Shown here: one piece after another, positions 19,759 to 29,615 of the stretch
Layout: the number at the start of each line of letters is the position of its first letter
Position numbering within the stretch: position 1 is the first letter of the stretch
NCBI GenBank assembly: GCA_037441475.1
Contig: JBBISB010000001.1
Coordinates: 71,272 to 135,271, forward strand
Direction: 5' to 3'
Source: Candidatus Iainarchaeum sp.
GTDB lineage: Archaea; Iainarchaeota; Iainarchaeia; Iainarchaeales; CSSED10-239
DNA length: 64,000 nt
Translations under genes and position numbers: made by a program
Notes under the pieces: model-generated
The model's input: only the letters and a program-made list of their open reading frames with translations
Told to the model about the DNA's origin: nothing
The model's database searches: none

Positions 19759-20557
19759 TTACATCCTTACATACAAAAGATTACCGCTTTCATACTTCTT
19801 TAAACCTTTGTAGAAAACATATATAGCTATTAACAGTAAAGCAAAGGTAAATAAGAACAATAAAATAAACCATGTAAGGTCAAAAGATTGAAGTAAAGTT
19901 GTTGGTACACTTGTTATAAACCCTGGGTATTACAAACAAGGTTACAAACTTTGTAGCTCCTGTAAAGATTGAACCTGGATAAAGAGAGAAAGTTATAACT
20001 GTTTCATAAAGAGTATTACCTAGAGTCTCTGATGAAGGAACATAAAAGGCAATACTTCCTATAAGTATACCGAAGGATATTAAAATAACTGTTGCTGGTA
20101 TTATCATTAAAAGTATTAAAGGTACCTTTTTTATAGACACCATAAAGATTAAGAGTGTGATTCCAAAAATTAAATCTCCAAGATCAAACCAACTGTTCTT
20201 AGATACTAAAATATGTGCTAAGTCTTTTTTTGGAAGTGTTAAATAGAAATCTAATTTTCCTTTAACCACTAAATCTGCAATCTCCTTGTGATTACCGAAA
20301 AAATAACTTGCAATACCAAAACTTATTGTTGCAAAAACATAAATATATATTAAATCTTGAAAAACCCATCCATTAATATCTCCAAGCTTAAAATATATTA
20401 AATACCAAAAAAATAACCATATAAAGTCATTTACAAACATAAAGAGAGAAGACAATAAAAAGTTAGCTCTATACTCTGTGGCAGACTTTAAAAAAATCTT
20501 TTGATACTCTAAAAACAATTTAAAATTTGATATTATTTCTTTAACCGCCATTAACAC
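19759..20557 (-). pseudogene. ABC-2 type transporter permease, C-terminal frameshift
   Basis: This is the track ORF 19880..20557. The hydrophobic C-terminus (..PGFITSVPTTLLQSFDLTWFILLFLFTFALLLIAIYVFYKGLKKYESGNLLYVRM*) continues in another frame down to 19759. Confidence 0.55.
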
Positions 20558-20569
20558 TCACTTTTTTAA

Positions 20570-21335
20570 TTATGTATCTATAAAAATAAATAATACCCCA
20601 ATAAAGAATAGTATCCATAGTAATTGAACAACAACCTTAAAAAAAGTCTCATAACTAAAGATTAAAGCTAATTTAGATGCATGGTATGCAGAGTAACTAA
20701 AAGGCAAGATACTTGATATTTTTGCAACCAAAGGAGGATAAAGTTCTAAAGGTACAATCATTCCTCCAAAAATAAAAGTAATCTTTGAATATATGTAACT
20801 GAGAGAGCTTGCATCCTCTATCCAAAAAGCAAATAAACTAATAATTGATGCTATAACTAAGTTTAATATAATTGCTAAAAATGCAACAATTAAAAGAAAA
20901 GGAAGAGAGACTAAAGAAATTTTTATACCCCAACCATTAGGTAAGCTACAATTCCTCCAAATAATAAAACTAATGAAAAATTAATTAATGCTTTTCCAAA
21001 AGTAACTGACATTTTATAGATAATGTTGTTGTATGGTTTTGTTAAATAGTTTGCACCTCTCCACTCTTGATGTCATCTCCAACCTCTTTTACAAATCTAC
21101 CAATAGATGTTATTAAGGCTTCACCAAAAACTAAATACCAAACCATCATTGGTAAAGTAAACCCTGGAATAACCTCTCCCTGAGTTGCAAAAATGACTTT
21201 CCAAAGGTTTGCAAATACAAAAATAATTATAGCTATAAATAAAGCCTTTCCAAGAATAATGTCCCAGATATATGTCAAACTCTCTTTTACATTTATAAGA
21301 GATATAGAAAAATATTTACTTATCTGTGAGCTCAT
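20570..21335 (-). pseudogene. ABC-2 type transporter permease, fragmented
   Basis: Two hydrophobic track ORFs (21042..21335 and 20570..20761) are separated by membrane-like sequence in other frames. The gene lies between the ATPase and the second permease. Confidence 0.5.
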
Positions 21336-21444
21336 ATCTATTGTTTATCCAAATATATCTCTTCAATAACATCTTCAATTGGCATTTCGTTTATGGAGAT
21401 GTCAGTTATCTTATACTTAGTAAATAAAAAATTCATTACATGCT

Positions 21445-22333
21445 TTAAGGAAATTTATGAGTGTTAATCTCAAACTCAATATAGAACTTTGATTTTTTAA
21501 TAACTTGCAAATCCTTAAAATCATTAGTATCTATCTTATCCTCTGTAGTTACTTTAAGTAGTTTTTTAGAAAGATACTTTTGTTTTACTTTCTTAAAATC
21601 ACCATCATAAACAATTTGGCCATGGTTAATAATAACAAGTCTTGTGGATATGTTTTCAATATCACCTATATCGTGACTTGTTAAGATGATTGTAGTTTTT
21701 TCTTTTTCATTTATTTTTTTAATCAATTCTCTAATAGTTTTTTTAACAATAATATCCATACCAATAGTTGGTTCATCTAAAAACAAGATTTTAGGGTTAT
21801 GAAGTAAAGCTAAAACAAACTCACACCTCATTTTCTGTCCTAAAGACAATTTTCTAACAGGTTGGTTAACAATATCAGAAATTTCAAAAAGATTAACTAA
21901 ATTATTAACTCTTTCCCTATATACCTTTTCATCCAAATCATATATCTTTGCAAAAAGATTAAAACTATCTATAGGTGGTAGATGGAACCATAGTTGTGGT
22001 TTCTGTCCAAAAATAGTTCCAATATCATAAGACAAGATTTTTCTTTTCTTAGAAGGATCTTTACCTAATATTTTTATTTTTCCTGAGTCAGGAAAAAGAA
22101 TACCTGAAAGCATCTTTAAAGTAGTTGACTTTCCTGCACCATTAGGGCCTATAAAAGAAACTAACTCTCCTTCTTTAATCTCTAAAGAAACATTATCAAC
22201 AGCCTTTATGTACTTATACTCAGGAGAAAAAAGATTTTTTATAACACCAGAGAAACCTGGTTTTGTTATTTTTGTCTTAAAAGTTTTTTTTCAGTCCTTT
22301 AATTGAGATGATTGTTTTTTCTTCTTTTACCAT
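21445..22333 (-). pseudogene. ABC transporter ATP-binding protein, N-terminal frameshift
   Basis: Walker A GPNGAGKST lies upstream of the track ORF in the same frame. The signature LSLGQKMR and Walker B ILFLDEPT are present. The ATG at 22333 (MVKEEKTIISIKGLKK) is out of frame because of the T8 run at 22284-22291. Confidence 0.85.
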
Positions 22334-22446
22334 AAAATATCATATATTAATTATTTAACTATAATAATAAAATAAATAAACATCTTTTTAAACATATTTA
22401 TTAAATATATTTATGTATTTTAATAATATAAAGGGGTTTTTAATAA

Positions 22447-23136
22447 ATGGTTAGCACACTTGTTGAAGTTGGTCAAGCTACATTAAATCCACTTGAAGCA
22501 ATTTGGTATTCAATTTTAAATAATTTGCCAGGAATTATTGGTGCGGTAGTTGTTATTATCATAGGTTATTTAATAGGGCTTCTTGTAGGACATTTAATAT
22601 ACAAGCTACTTTTAAAATGGAAGTTAGATGAATGGGTAATTAATAATGACTTTTCAAATATCTTACTGCACATTAAGCTTTCAAAAATAATCAAAGAGTT
22701 AATAGTATGGGGAATATTTATTGTGTTTTTAGCACCTGCTGCTAGTTTAATTAAAATAAATGTTTTAACCGAAATTTTAACTAAATTTGCATATTGGGTG
22801 CCACAGTTAATCTTTGCTATAATAATAACTATTGTAGGATTAGTTGTTTCACAAATAATTGCAAGAAACATACATGTTTCAAAAGATCACAAAGTTTCAA
22901 AAGTAGTTTCAGAGGTTATACAAGTAATTATTATTATATTAATTGTTAATATTGCTTTAAGACAGATAGGTGTAGAAGTACAGTTTATAGAAACTATACT
23001 TTTAATAATCCTAGGTGGAGTTGTCTTAGCCTTTGCAATTGCAGTTGGTATTGGTCTTAGTTGTTCTATTAGAAACTACTCTGATAGACTAATGGAAACA
23101 TATGTAACTAAGAAAAAAGTAATAAAGAAGAAATAA
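22447..23136 (+). CDS. Membrane protein with repeated TM helices (MscS-N-terminal-like)
   Basis: 229-aa ORF with several long helices flanked by charged loops and a Lys-rich tail. Confidence 0.45.
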   Translation: MVSTLVEVGQATLNPLEAIWYSILNNLPGIIGAVVVIIIGYLIGLLVGHLIYKLLLKWKLDEWVINNDFSNILLHIKLSKIIKELIVWGIFIVFLAPAASLIKINVLTEILTKFAYWVPQLIFAIIITIVGLVVSQIIARNIHVSKDHKVSKVVSEVIQVIIIILIVNIALRQIGVEVQFIETILLIILGGVVLAFAIAVGIGLSCSIRNYSDRLMETYVTKKKVIKKK

Positions 23137-23171
23137 TTTTTCTTCTTTTCTATTTTATTTTTTTAAAAAAA

Positions 23172-23489
23172 CTATTTTTTAATTTTTTTATGAACATTTA
23201 CAAATCTCTTATAGAAGTAATATTCAGTAACAATACCTAAAATGAATAAGAATAAACCAACACCTAAAAGAGAATAAACAGAGGTTATTATCTTACTAAG
23301 ATCATGAGTTGGTACAATATCTCCATAACCAACAGTTGTTAAAGTAGAGGTTGTAAAGTAAAATGAATCTACGTAGGATAGATTTTCTAAACGTTGAAAA
23401 ATAAATGTACCAATTAATAAAATAACTACAATAAAAATTAAAACATAGTACAACTTAATTTTTGCAAAACTAATCTCATTTGTAAACAA
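23172..23489 (-). CDS. Two-TM pore-only potassium channel
   Basis: The selectivity filter TLTTVGYGD sits between two hydrophobic helices. The ORF starts at TTG. Confidence 0.85.
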   Translation of the reverse strand: MFTNEISFAKIKLYYVLIFIVVILLIGTFIFQRLENLSYVDSFYFTTSTLTTVGYGDIVPTHDLSKIITSVYSLLGVGLFLFILGIVTEYYFYKRFVNVHKKIKK

Positions 23490-23569
23490 ATCTAATCACA
23501 CATCATTTTCTAAAAGATAGTAAAAAAGCTAAAGGGATATTAAAAAAATACCATTCCCCTCTCTTAACA

Positions 23570-23923
23570 TTAAATAGACTTAATAACAATTATCTTATCT
23601 GTTTTTTGCTTTAATGAATCGTAATCTAAGTAATGTTCATTAACTCTTATTATTATTTTATTATCTCCTGGTTTAATTCCTTGGAAAGGGTAAATATACA
23701 ACCTTTGGTTTATTACTTCGTTTGGTTTAAAATCTCCATGTCTTATGGAAAAGGATTTTTTAAGACCACTTTTATCTAAAGAAATAGTGTTATCAAGAAT
23801 TATATCATAGCTTATAAATTTATTTTCAAGACCCATATTCTTTATTTGCACAGTTAACTCTACTGGACTTTTGTCCCTAATATTTAATCTAAATGGAAAA
23901 AGAGAAGTTATAATATTAATCAT
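23570..23923 (-). CDS. Hypothetical beta-rich protein
   Basis: 117-aa ORF with an alternating beta-strand-like pattern and no motif recognised. Confidence 0.35.
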   Translation of the reverse strand: MINIITSLFPFRLNIRDKSPVELTVQIKNMGLENKFISYDIILDNTISLDKSGLKKSFSIRHGDFKPNEVINQRLYIYPFQGIKPGDNKIIIRVNEHYLDYDSLKQKTDKIIVIKSI

Positions 23924-24047
23924 CCTTTATCACCTTTTTTTATAAAATATTTTTTAAACATATACATATAATATATATATAGTTAAATATGTTTAAATAA
24001 CTATTGATAAGTAAGATAAAAAAAATTAATAAGTAAGAGAAAAAAGC

Positions 24048-24824
24048 ATGAAAATATTGATTGTTTCATCAACAGAGGATATTGCCTCTAATAACCTTAA
24101 GGAAGAACTTTTTAATAGCTATAAGCTTGTTAAAAATAAAAAAGATATTTATAAGATTGATATAGATTCTTTAAATGAGATTTATTTTAAAGAGATTAAT
24201 AAAACACATATTTATGCAAGCCAAGAAGATATTAAAGATAAAGAATATGATCAAGTTATCTTCTTATCAAGACACTCAACTCTTTCTGAAACTAAACCAA
24301 AGTGTATGACTGTACATGCAATTGGTAATTGGGGAAAAGCTGATCTTGGAGGGGAAAGTAACACTGTTGTTAAAACAGATCCTTTCCTAATTCGCTTACT
24401 TCTTTTAAACCTTAAAGAAAATAAACCTAAGGAAATAAAAGAGTATGAAGTTAAACAAGAAGCAACTCATCATGGTCCTTTTCTTGAAAGTCCAACCCTC
24501 TTCTATGAGATTGGTTCAACAAATATTGATTGGGAAAATAAACTAGTTTCAAGATACATGATAAAGATATTAATTGACAGCATTAAAGATTATAACCAGA
24601 AAGAGATTAAGGAAAAAAATAACTGGATAGCAGCAGTTGGTGTTGGTGGAAGCCATTACTGCACTAGGTTTAATAGATATACTTTTGATAGAAGTAAAAG
24701 ATACTGCTTTGGTCATGTAGTTGCAAGCTATGCTTTAAAAGATATTCAAGAAAATCAAGCTCTTTTAAAAGAAGCTAAAGAAAAGAGTACTTCTCAAGTT
24801 GTTGTTTATGAAGAAGAAATTTAA
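24048..24824 (+). CDS. dtdA: D-aminoacyl-tRNA deacylase, archaeal type (DTD2)
   Basis: The motifs SRHS, GNWG, EATHHGP, EIGS and GVGGSHY are colinear with the archaeal DtdA family. Confidence 0.85.
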   Translation: MKILIVSSTEDIASNNLKEELFNSYKLVKNKKDIYKIDIDSLNEIYFKEINKTHIYASQEDIKDKEYDQVIFLSRHSTLSETKPKCMTVHAIGNWGKADLGGESNTVVKTDPFLIRLLLLNLKENKPKEIKEYEVKQEATHHGPFLESPTLFYEIGSTNIDWENKLVSRYMIKILIDSIKDYNQKEIKEKNNWIAAVGVGGSHYCTRFNRYTFDRSKRYCFGHVVASYALKDIQENQALLKEAKEKSTSQVVVYEEEI

Positions 24825-25951
24825 TTTTTTTCTTTAATAAACCTTTTTTTAATTCTTTCAATAATTGTTTGCTCTATTGAACATACTGAACTAAGGTCAG
24901 GATATTTATCAAATAAAGTTTTATCTTCTACAAACTCTTTAACAATTTCAAAAACATCTATATTTTCTTTTATTTTCCTAGAGTAAATGAAATTAATCAA
25001 TGTTTCTAGGGTTATGTAATAGATTATAGGGCAAGAACCACCTTTTTCTAAGGCATTAATAGCAAGAGATAAGTATTTTTCCTTCGTAACATCTATTTTT
25101 GATAAGGTTACATTAATTTCTTTTTCATCAGTTAAATGATTTATTGTATCTGTCTTATCGTAGTTTAAAAAATAATAATTAAAGATGCTATCAAGGTTTA
25201 GGTTTGATGCAAAGAAAACACTTGTTCCGTTTGTAAACTTAATATTTGTATTATACACTCTTTTTGTTTGATTGTAAAAACAGAAGTCATTTACTGGTAT
25301 GTTATAGATGTAGTTAATGAGAAACATATCGTTTGAAAGTCTTATTTTGTTTTGAGAGAAGTATTTTTTCATATAAGATATATAATCTTTATAGTCATCT
25401 ATAGATATCTTCTCTTTATCTTGTTTCTTTGAGAATAGATAAACCTTGTCTATAGAGGTAGTATTTTTGGTTTTATTTAAAAAATCCATAGAGTATACAG
25501 GGTATGAAAAGACATTTAACTTAACTCCCTTTGATTTAACTTCATTAATGATTATTCTTCCACAGTAAAGTAAAGGAGATGTGTTAAGTAAAGTTATATC
25601 CTTAAACTCATAGATTGCTGAAAGTATTTTTTTAACACTTGTTATTCCTGATAAAGCAGAGATAACCTCATCAATTTGGTTTGATTTAATGAAATCTGGA
25701 AAATTTTCAGATCCTTGAAAGATTTCAACCTTTACTTTTGAGGAAATATATTCTGCATCCTTCTTTTCTGTAACAAAAACCCTTTTAGGAGATAACTCTT
25801 CTATCTGTTTTATGAATAGATCTATATTTTCTTGCTTAAAATCATAGGAAAGAGCAAAAACATTAAATTTACTTAATTTGCTTTCAAAGAAGTTAATGGC
25901 ACTTACACCTATGTTGTTGTTAGAGCCAAGAATAACAATATTTTTTTTCAT
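24821..25951 (-). CDS. DXR (1-deoxy-D-xylulose-5-phosphate reductoisomerase)-fold protein with substituted catalytic motifs
   Basis: It aligns by eye to E. coli Dxr without gaps over the N-terminal half: ILGSNNNIG versus ILGSTGSIG, and LLNTSPLLYCGRIIINEVK versus LANKESLVTCGRLFMDAVK. The Dxr motifs DSEH and NAANE are replaced by SYPV and ITLET. Confidence 0.55.
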   Translation of the reverse strand: MKKNIVILGSNNNIGVSAINFFESKLSKFNVFALSYDFKQENIDLFIKQIEELSPKRVFVTEKKDAEYISSKVKVEIFQGSENFPDFIKSNQIDEVISALSGITSVKKILSAIYEFKDITLLNTSPLLYCGRIIINEVKSKGVKLNVFSYPVYSMDFLNKTKNTTSIDKVYLFSKKQDKEKISIDDYKDYISYMKKYFSQNKIRLSNDMFLINYIYNIPVNDFCFYNQTKRVYNTNIKFTNGTSVFFASNLNLDSIFNYYFLNYDKTDTINHLTDEKEINVTLSKIDVTKEKYLSLAINALEKGGSCPIIYYITLETLINFIYSRKIKENIDVFEIVKEFVEDKTLFDKYPDLSSVCSIEQTIIERIKKRFIKEKN

Positions 25952-26116
25952 AACATATATAAGGTAAATCTTAAAGTTTTTAAATGTATTTTTTTAGATA
26001 TTAAAAGTTCTATTTTAGAAAAGTAAAATAATTTTTTTAAATTTAAATAAAAAATAGAAAAATAAGTCTTCTTTATAAAAAAAGACTTATCAAATGAAAA
26101 AAGTTAGCGTAGAAAA

Positions 26117-26245
26117 TTATTTTTTCTTTACTGGTGCTTTTTTCTTAACAACTTTTTTAACAGGTGCTTTTTTAGCAACTACTGCTTTTTTAACAACTTT
26201 TTTAGCAGGTGCTTTTTTAGCAACTACCTTCTTTTTTACAGCCAT
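26117..26245 (-). CDS. 42-aa Lys/Ala/Val/Pro-repeat basic protein (histone-H1-tail-like)
   Basis: GGAGGGAG lies 8 nt upstream of the ATG at 26245. The product is MAVKKKVVAKKAPAKKVVKKAVVAKKAPVKKVVKKKAPVKKK. The track ORF 26094..26285 is its antisense shadow. Confidence 0.55.
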   Translation of the reverse strand: MAVKKKVVAKKAPAKKVVKKAVVAKKAPVKKVVKKKAPVKKK

Positions 26246-26543
26246 TTTTTTCTCCCTCCGATTTTATCTGCAAGTTGCAGAATAATAAAATATAATAAAT
26301 ATGTATATATAAACATTTATAAATGTTATATATTTTGCTTTTTTGGCAAAAACACTAAAAAAAATTAATCTGTCCAAAAAATAAAGCAGTCCATCTACCT
26401 CTAACTTATTTTAAATCAAGGAGTTTAAGCCAATCAAAAAAAAGTAAACTTAAATAAAAAAAGGATGAGTAAGGGATTTTGAAAAAAAGAATTTTTAAAA
26501 AATAAAAGAGTTTTGTTTTTTCGTCCAAGAAAAAAAGAAAAAT

Positions 26544-26565
26544 AAAAGATTTTTAAAAATCTTTT
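26544..26565 (-). terminator. Perfect 22-nt palindrome downstream of EF-2 (terminator candidate)
   Basis: AAAAGATTTTTAAAAATCTTTT lies 38 nt after the EF-2 stop and is followed by T-rich sequence in the transcript sense. Confidence 0.3.
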
Positions 26566-26602
26566 ACGTTTTTTAAGATATAACAAATCTTAAAACCAAA
26601 AT

Positions 26603-28801
26603 CTAATCCATGAAAAATTCAGCAGGCTTTGGTTCTGGATCCATTCCTTTTCTTTTTCTAATCTCAACAATTGTGTCGTGAAGTAAACTCTTTGGAAGTG
26701 TTTCATAACCGAAATATTCAGCAGTCCATACAGCTCTTCCTTGTGTTTCTCCTCTCATCTCTTGTGAAAAACCAATCATTGACTTAACAGGTATCTTACT
26801 TATAAAGATTGAAGAATCACCTTCAGTCTTAATATCCTCAATTTGTGCTCTTCTAGAAGATAATACCTTTGAAACTGAACCCATGAAATCTTGAGGAACA
26901 GACACAGTTAATTTTTGTTTAGGTTCTAAAAGAACATAATTACCAGCTAAAACACAAGCATAGATAGCTCTAGTTATTGCAGGAAGTACTTGAGCAGGCC
27001 CTCTATGGATAGCATCCTCGTGTAAAGTTGCATCTTCTAAAGATACAATAATACCAGATACTTTTTCCTTAGCAACAGGACCTTCGTTTGTAGCATCAGT
27101 AAAACCTTCAATAATAAGTTCTCTTACTTCATTTAAGTTCTGTATACCCTTTGTTCTATTAATTAAGATAGAGTGATTATTAATAGCCCATACGTTCTTT
27201 GAGTCATCAGTACCAAAACCAGCTTCTTGTAATTTTTTAACAACATCAAGATCTTTATTTGGTCTTATCTTACCATTAAACTTTATCTTTCTTAATTTTT
27301 CAAGCATTTCTCCTTCAATAGGATCAACACTAATCTTAAACTTATTGTGTTTATTAGGAGTCTTTCCTTCAATAGTAGGAGATTCTTTTGTAACTGTTTC
27401 ATAGTAAACAACAATAGGAGGAGATACAGTTATTGGTATATTATTATCCTTTTCAATCTTGTATTGAGTAATCTCTAAATGAAGTTCTCCCATACCAGAT
27501 AAAAGATGTTCACCAGTATCTTGATTTAATTCAGCCTTTATGTTAGGGTCTTCTTTTGTAATGTTATGAACAACCTGTATTAATCTAGGAAGATCTTTTG
27601 AATTTTTAGCTTCAATTGAAACAGTCATTACAGGTTCAACATCAGACATGAAGTCTTCAAATGGAACAATATCACTACTTGCAATTGTTTGACCAGAATA
27701 AACTTCTTTAAAACCAATTATTGCAGCAATATTTCCAGACTTTACTTCATCTAAAATAACTCTTTCAGGACCTAAGTAAATACCAACATACTGTACCTTT
27801 ACAAGTTTATCAGTTCCTAAAACCTTTAACTCTACACCTTTTTTAATAGATCCAGAATAAATTCTTCCAGAAGCAATATCTCCTGCATGTTTATCTAAAA
27901 CAATATCTGTAACCATCATAGCAACATGTGAAGACTCAGTATCACATATAAGCATTGCTTTACCTTCTGGTGTTTCAGGATCTCCTTTCCATATAGTTGG
28001 TATTCTGTATTTTTGAGAAACCTTAGGGTCAGGTAAATGTCTTGCAATCATTCCTAAGAAAACTTCAGAGATTGGTATTTTCTCTGCAAGTTCTTTTTGT
28101 TTTTCATTTTCAGCAAACTCAATAACATCTTTAAAAGTAACATTATATTTCTTCATTGCAGGAACAGATAATGCCCAGTTATGGAAACCAGAACCAAAAC
28201 ATACAGAACCATCTGCAATATTTACTTGCCAATCTTTTCTAAACTCTTCAGGTGCATTCTTTGTAATTAAGTTATTAATATCCATTACAACTTTTACAAA
28301 TTTCTTTTGCATGTCTTCAGGAGTTACGTGCATTTCTGTTATTAATCTATCAACCTTGTTAATAAATAAAACTGGCTTTACTCTTTCTCTTAAAGCTTGT
28401 CTTAAAACTGTCTCTGTTTGTGGCATTACTCCTTCAACAGCATCAACAACTAAAACAGCACCATCAACAGCTCTCATAGCTCTAATAACATCACCAGTGA
28501 AGTCAACGTGACCTGGTGTATCAATAATGTTTATTAAAAATTTATCTCCATCAATATCACATGGAACAGAAACATTTGAGGCATTGATTGTAATTCCTCT
28601 TTCTTGTTCTAAGATATATGAGTCCATGAAAACTTGTTCTCCAGCTAAGTCTTTTGAGATTAAACCTGCTGTTGCAACTAAGTTGTCTGTTAAAGTAGAC
28701 TTACCGTGATCAATGTGTGCAATGATTGCAATGTTTCTAATATTCTTTGTGTTTGCCATTAACTTTTCTGCAAGTTCGGCAACTTGTTCTTTTCTTCCCA
28801 T
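26603..28801 (-). CDS. fusA: Translation elongation factor 2 (aEF-2)
   Basis: 732 aa with G1 AHIDHGKST, G3 DTPGHVDF and the diphthamide region HEDAIHRGPAQ. SD AAGGTGA is upstream. Confidence 0.97.
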   Translation of the reverse strand: MGRKEQVAELAEKLMANTKNIRNIAIIAHIDHGKSTLTDNLVATAGLISKDLAGEQVFMDSYILEQERGITINASNVSVPCDIDGDKFLINIIDTPGHVDFTGDVIRAMRAVDGAVLVVDAVEGVMPQTETVLRQALRERVKPVLFINKVDRLITEMHVTPEDMQKKFVKVVMDINNLITKNAPEEFRKDWQVNIADGSVCFGSGFHNWALSVPAMKKYNVTFKDVIEFAENEKQKELAEKIPISEVFLGMIARHLPDPKVSQKYRIPTIWKGDPETPEGKAMLICDTESSHVAMMVTDIVLDKHAGDIASGRIYSGSIKKGVELKVLGTDKLVKVQYVGIYLGPERVILDEVKSGNIAAIIGFKEVYSGQTIASSDIVPFEDFMSDVEPVMTVSIEAKNSKDLPRLIQVVHNITKEDPNIKAELNQDTGEHLLSGMGELHLEITQYKIEKDNNIPITVSPPIVVYYETVTKESPTIEGKTPNKHNKFKISVDPIEGEMLEKLRKIKFNGKIRPNKDLDVVKKLQEAGFGTDDSKNVWAINNHSILINRTKGIQNLNEVRELIIEGFTDATNEGPVAKEKVSGIIVSLEDATLHEDAIHRGPAQVLPAITRAIYACVLAGNYVLLEPKQKLTVSVPQDFMGSVSKVLSSRRAQIEDIKTEGDSSIFISKIPVKSMIGFSQEMRGETQGRAVWTAEYFGYETLPKSLLHDTIVEIRKRKGMDPEPKPAEFFMD

Positions 28802-28982
28802 TTTATATTCACCTTTAGTTATTTGTAGATAGTGTATTTTTTTAAAAATATTATTAAAAAAATTCTAAGTATATTTACTTTTGTTATAAGATACTAAAAA
28901 AAGAGTATCTAATATATATTATAGTAGAGATTTATTTAAATACCTTTTCTTATGTGCTTAAAATCATATATTTAATGGTTTT

Positions 28983-29615
28983 TTAAGATCTTTTCTTTAA
29001 AAAACACAAAAATCTTCTTTTATAGTTGTTTGTACCATACCTTAAAGGAGTTATCTTCTCTATAACAAAAAAAGGTTTAAAAGCTTCAATAATTTCTTTT
29101 CTTTTTAAAGGGTAGGAGTAGACGTTTATTAGGGTGTTAAGGTATATTTTCTTGTTTGTGAAAGTCTTTTCCCTTTTATCAAAACAGAAAAGTAAGAGTT
29201 TTCCTTTACTTTCTAAAAGCTCTGAAAGTCTTTTTGCATATTCCTTTCTTCTTTCAGGTAAGATGTTATGGAAAAGGCCAATATCTAAAAGAAAAGAATA
29301 TTTTTCTTTTAAAAGAGATTTTGAAAAAACATCTGCTTGTTTAAACCTTAAGTTTAGGTTTTCAAAATAACTTTCTTTTGCTAAAAGTATTATGTCTTTA
29401 GAGATATCTATTCCTGTTACCTTAAAACCTTTTTTTGAAAGATAGGCAGAATAGTACCCATTACCACACCCAAGGTCTAAGGTTTTTGAAGGACCTACCC
29501 ATCCTGCATCAATTGTTTCTTTAAACCATTCAGGAACAGTTGTTCTTACCCAAGGAAGTTTTTTAATGTTTTTAGGAGCAGAATAAGTCTTATCCCATAT
29601 TTTTTCTATTTTCAT
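28983..29615 (-). CDS. Class I SAM-dependent methyltransferase
   Basis: Motif I LDLGCGNGYYSAYL is present. The start overlaps the upstream stop (ATGA). Confidence 0.75.
   Translation of the reverse strand: MKIEKIWDKTYSAPKNIKKLPWVRTTVPEWFKETIDAGWVGPSKTLDLGCGNGYYSAYLSKKGFKVTGIDISKDIILLAKESYFENLNLRFKQADVFSKSLLKEKYSFLLDIGLFHNILPERRKEYAKRLSELLESKGKLLLFCFDKREKTFTNKKIYLNTLINVYSYPLKRKEIIEAFKPFFVIEKITPLRYGTNNYKRRFLCFLKKRS

Noticed and set aside
26094-26285. 63-aa + strand ORF rich in Phe/Thr/Leu/Ala repeats.
   Set aside because: It is the antisense image of the better-supported lysine-rich 42-aa gene on the minus strand (26117-26245), which has a proper SD. The + strand ORF has none.
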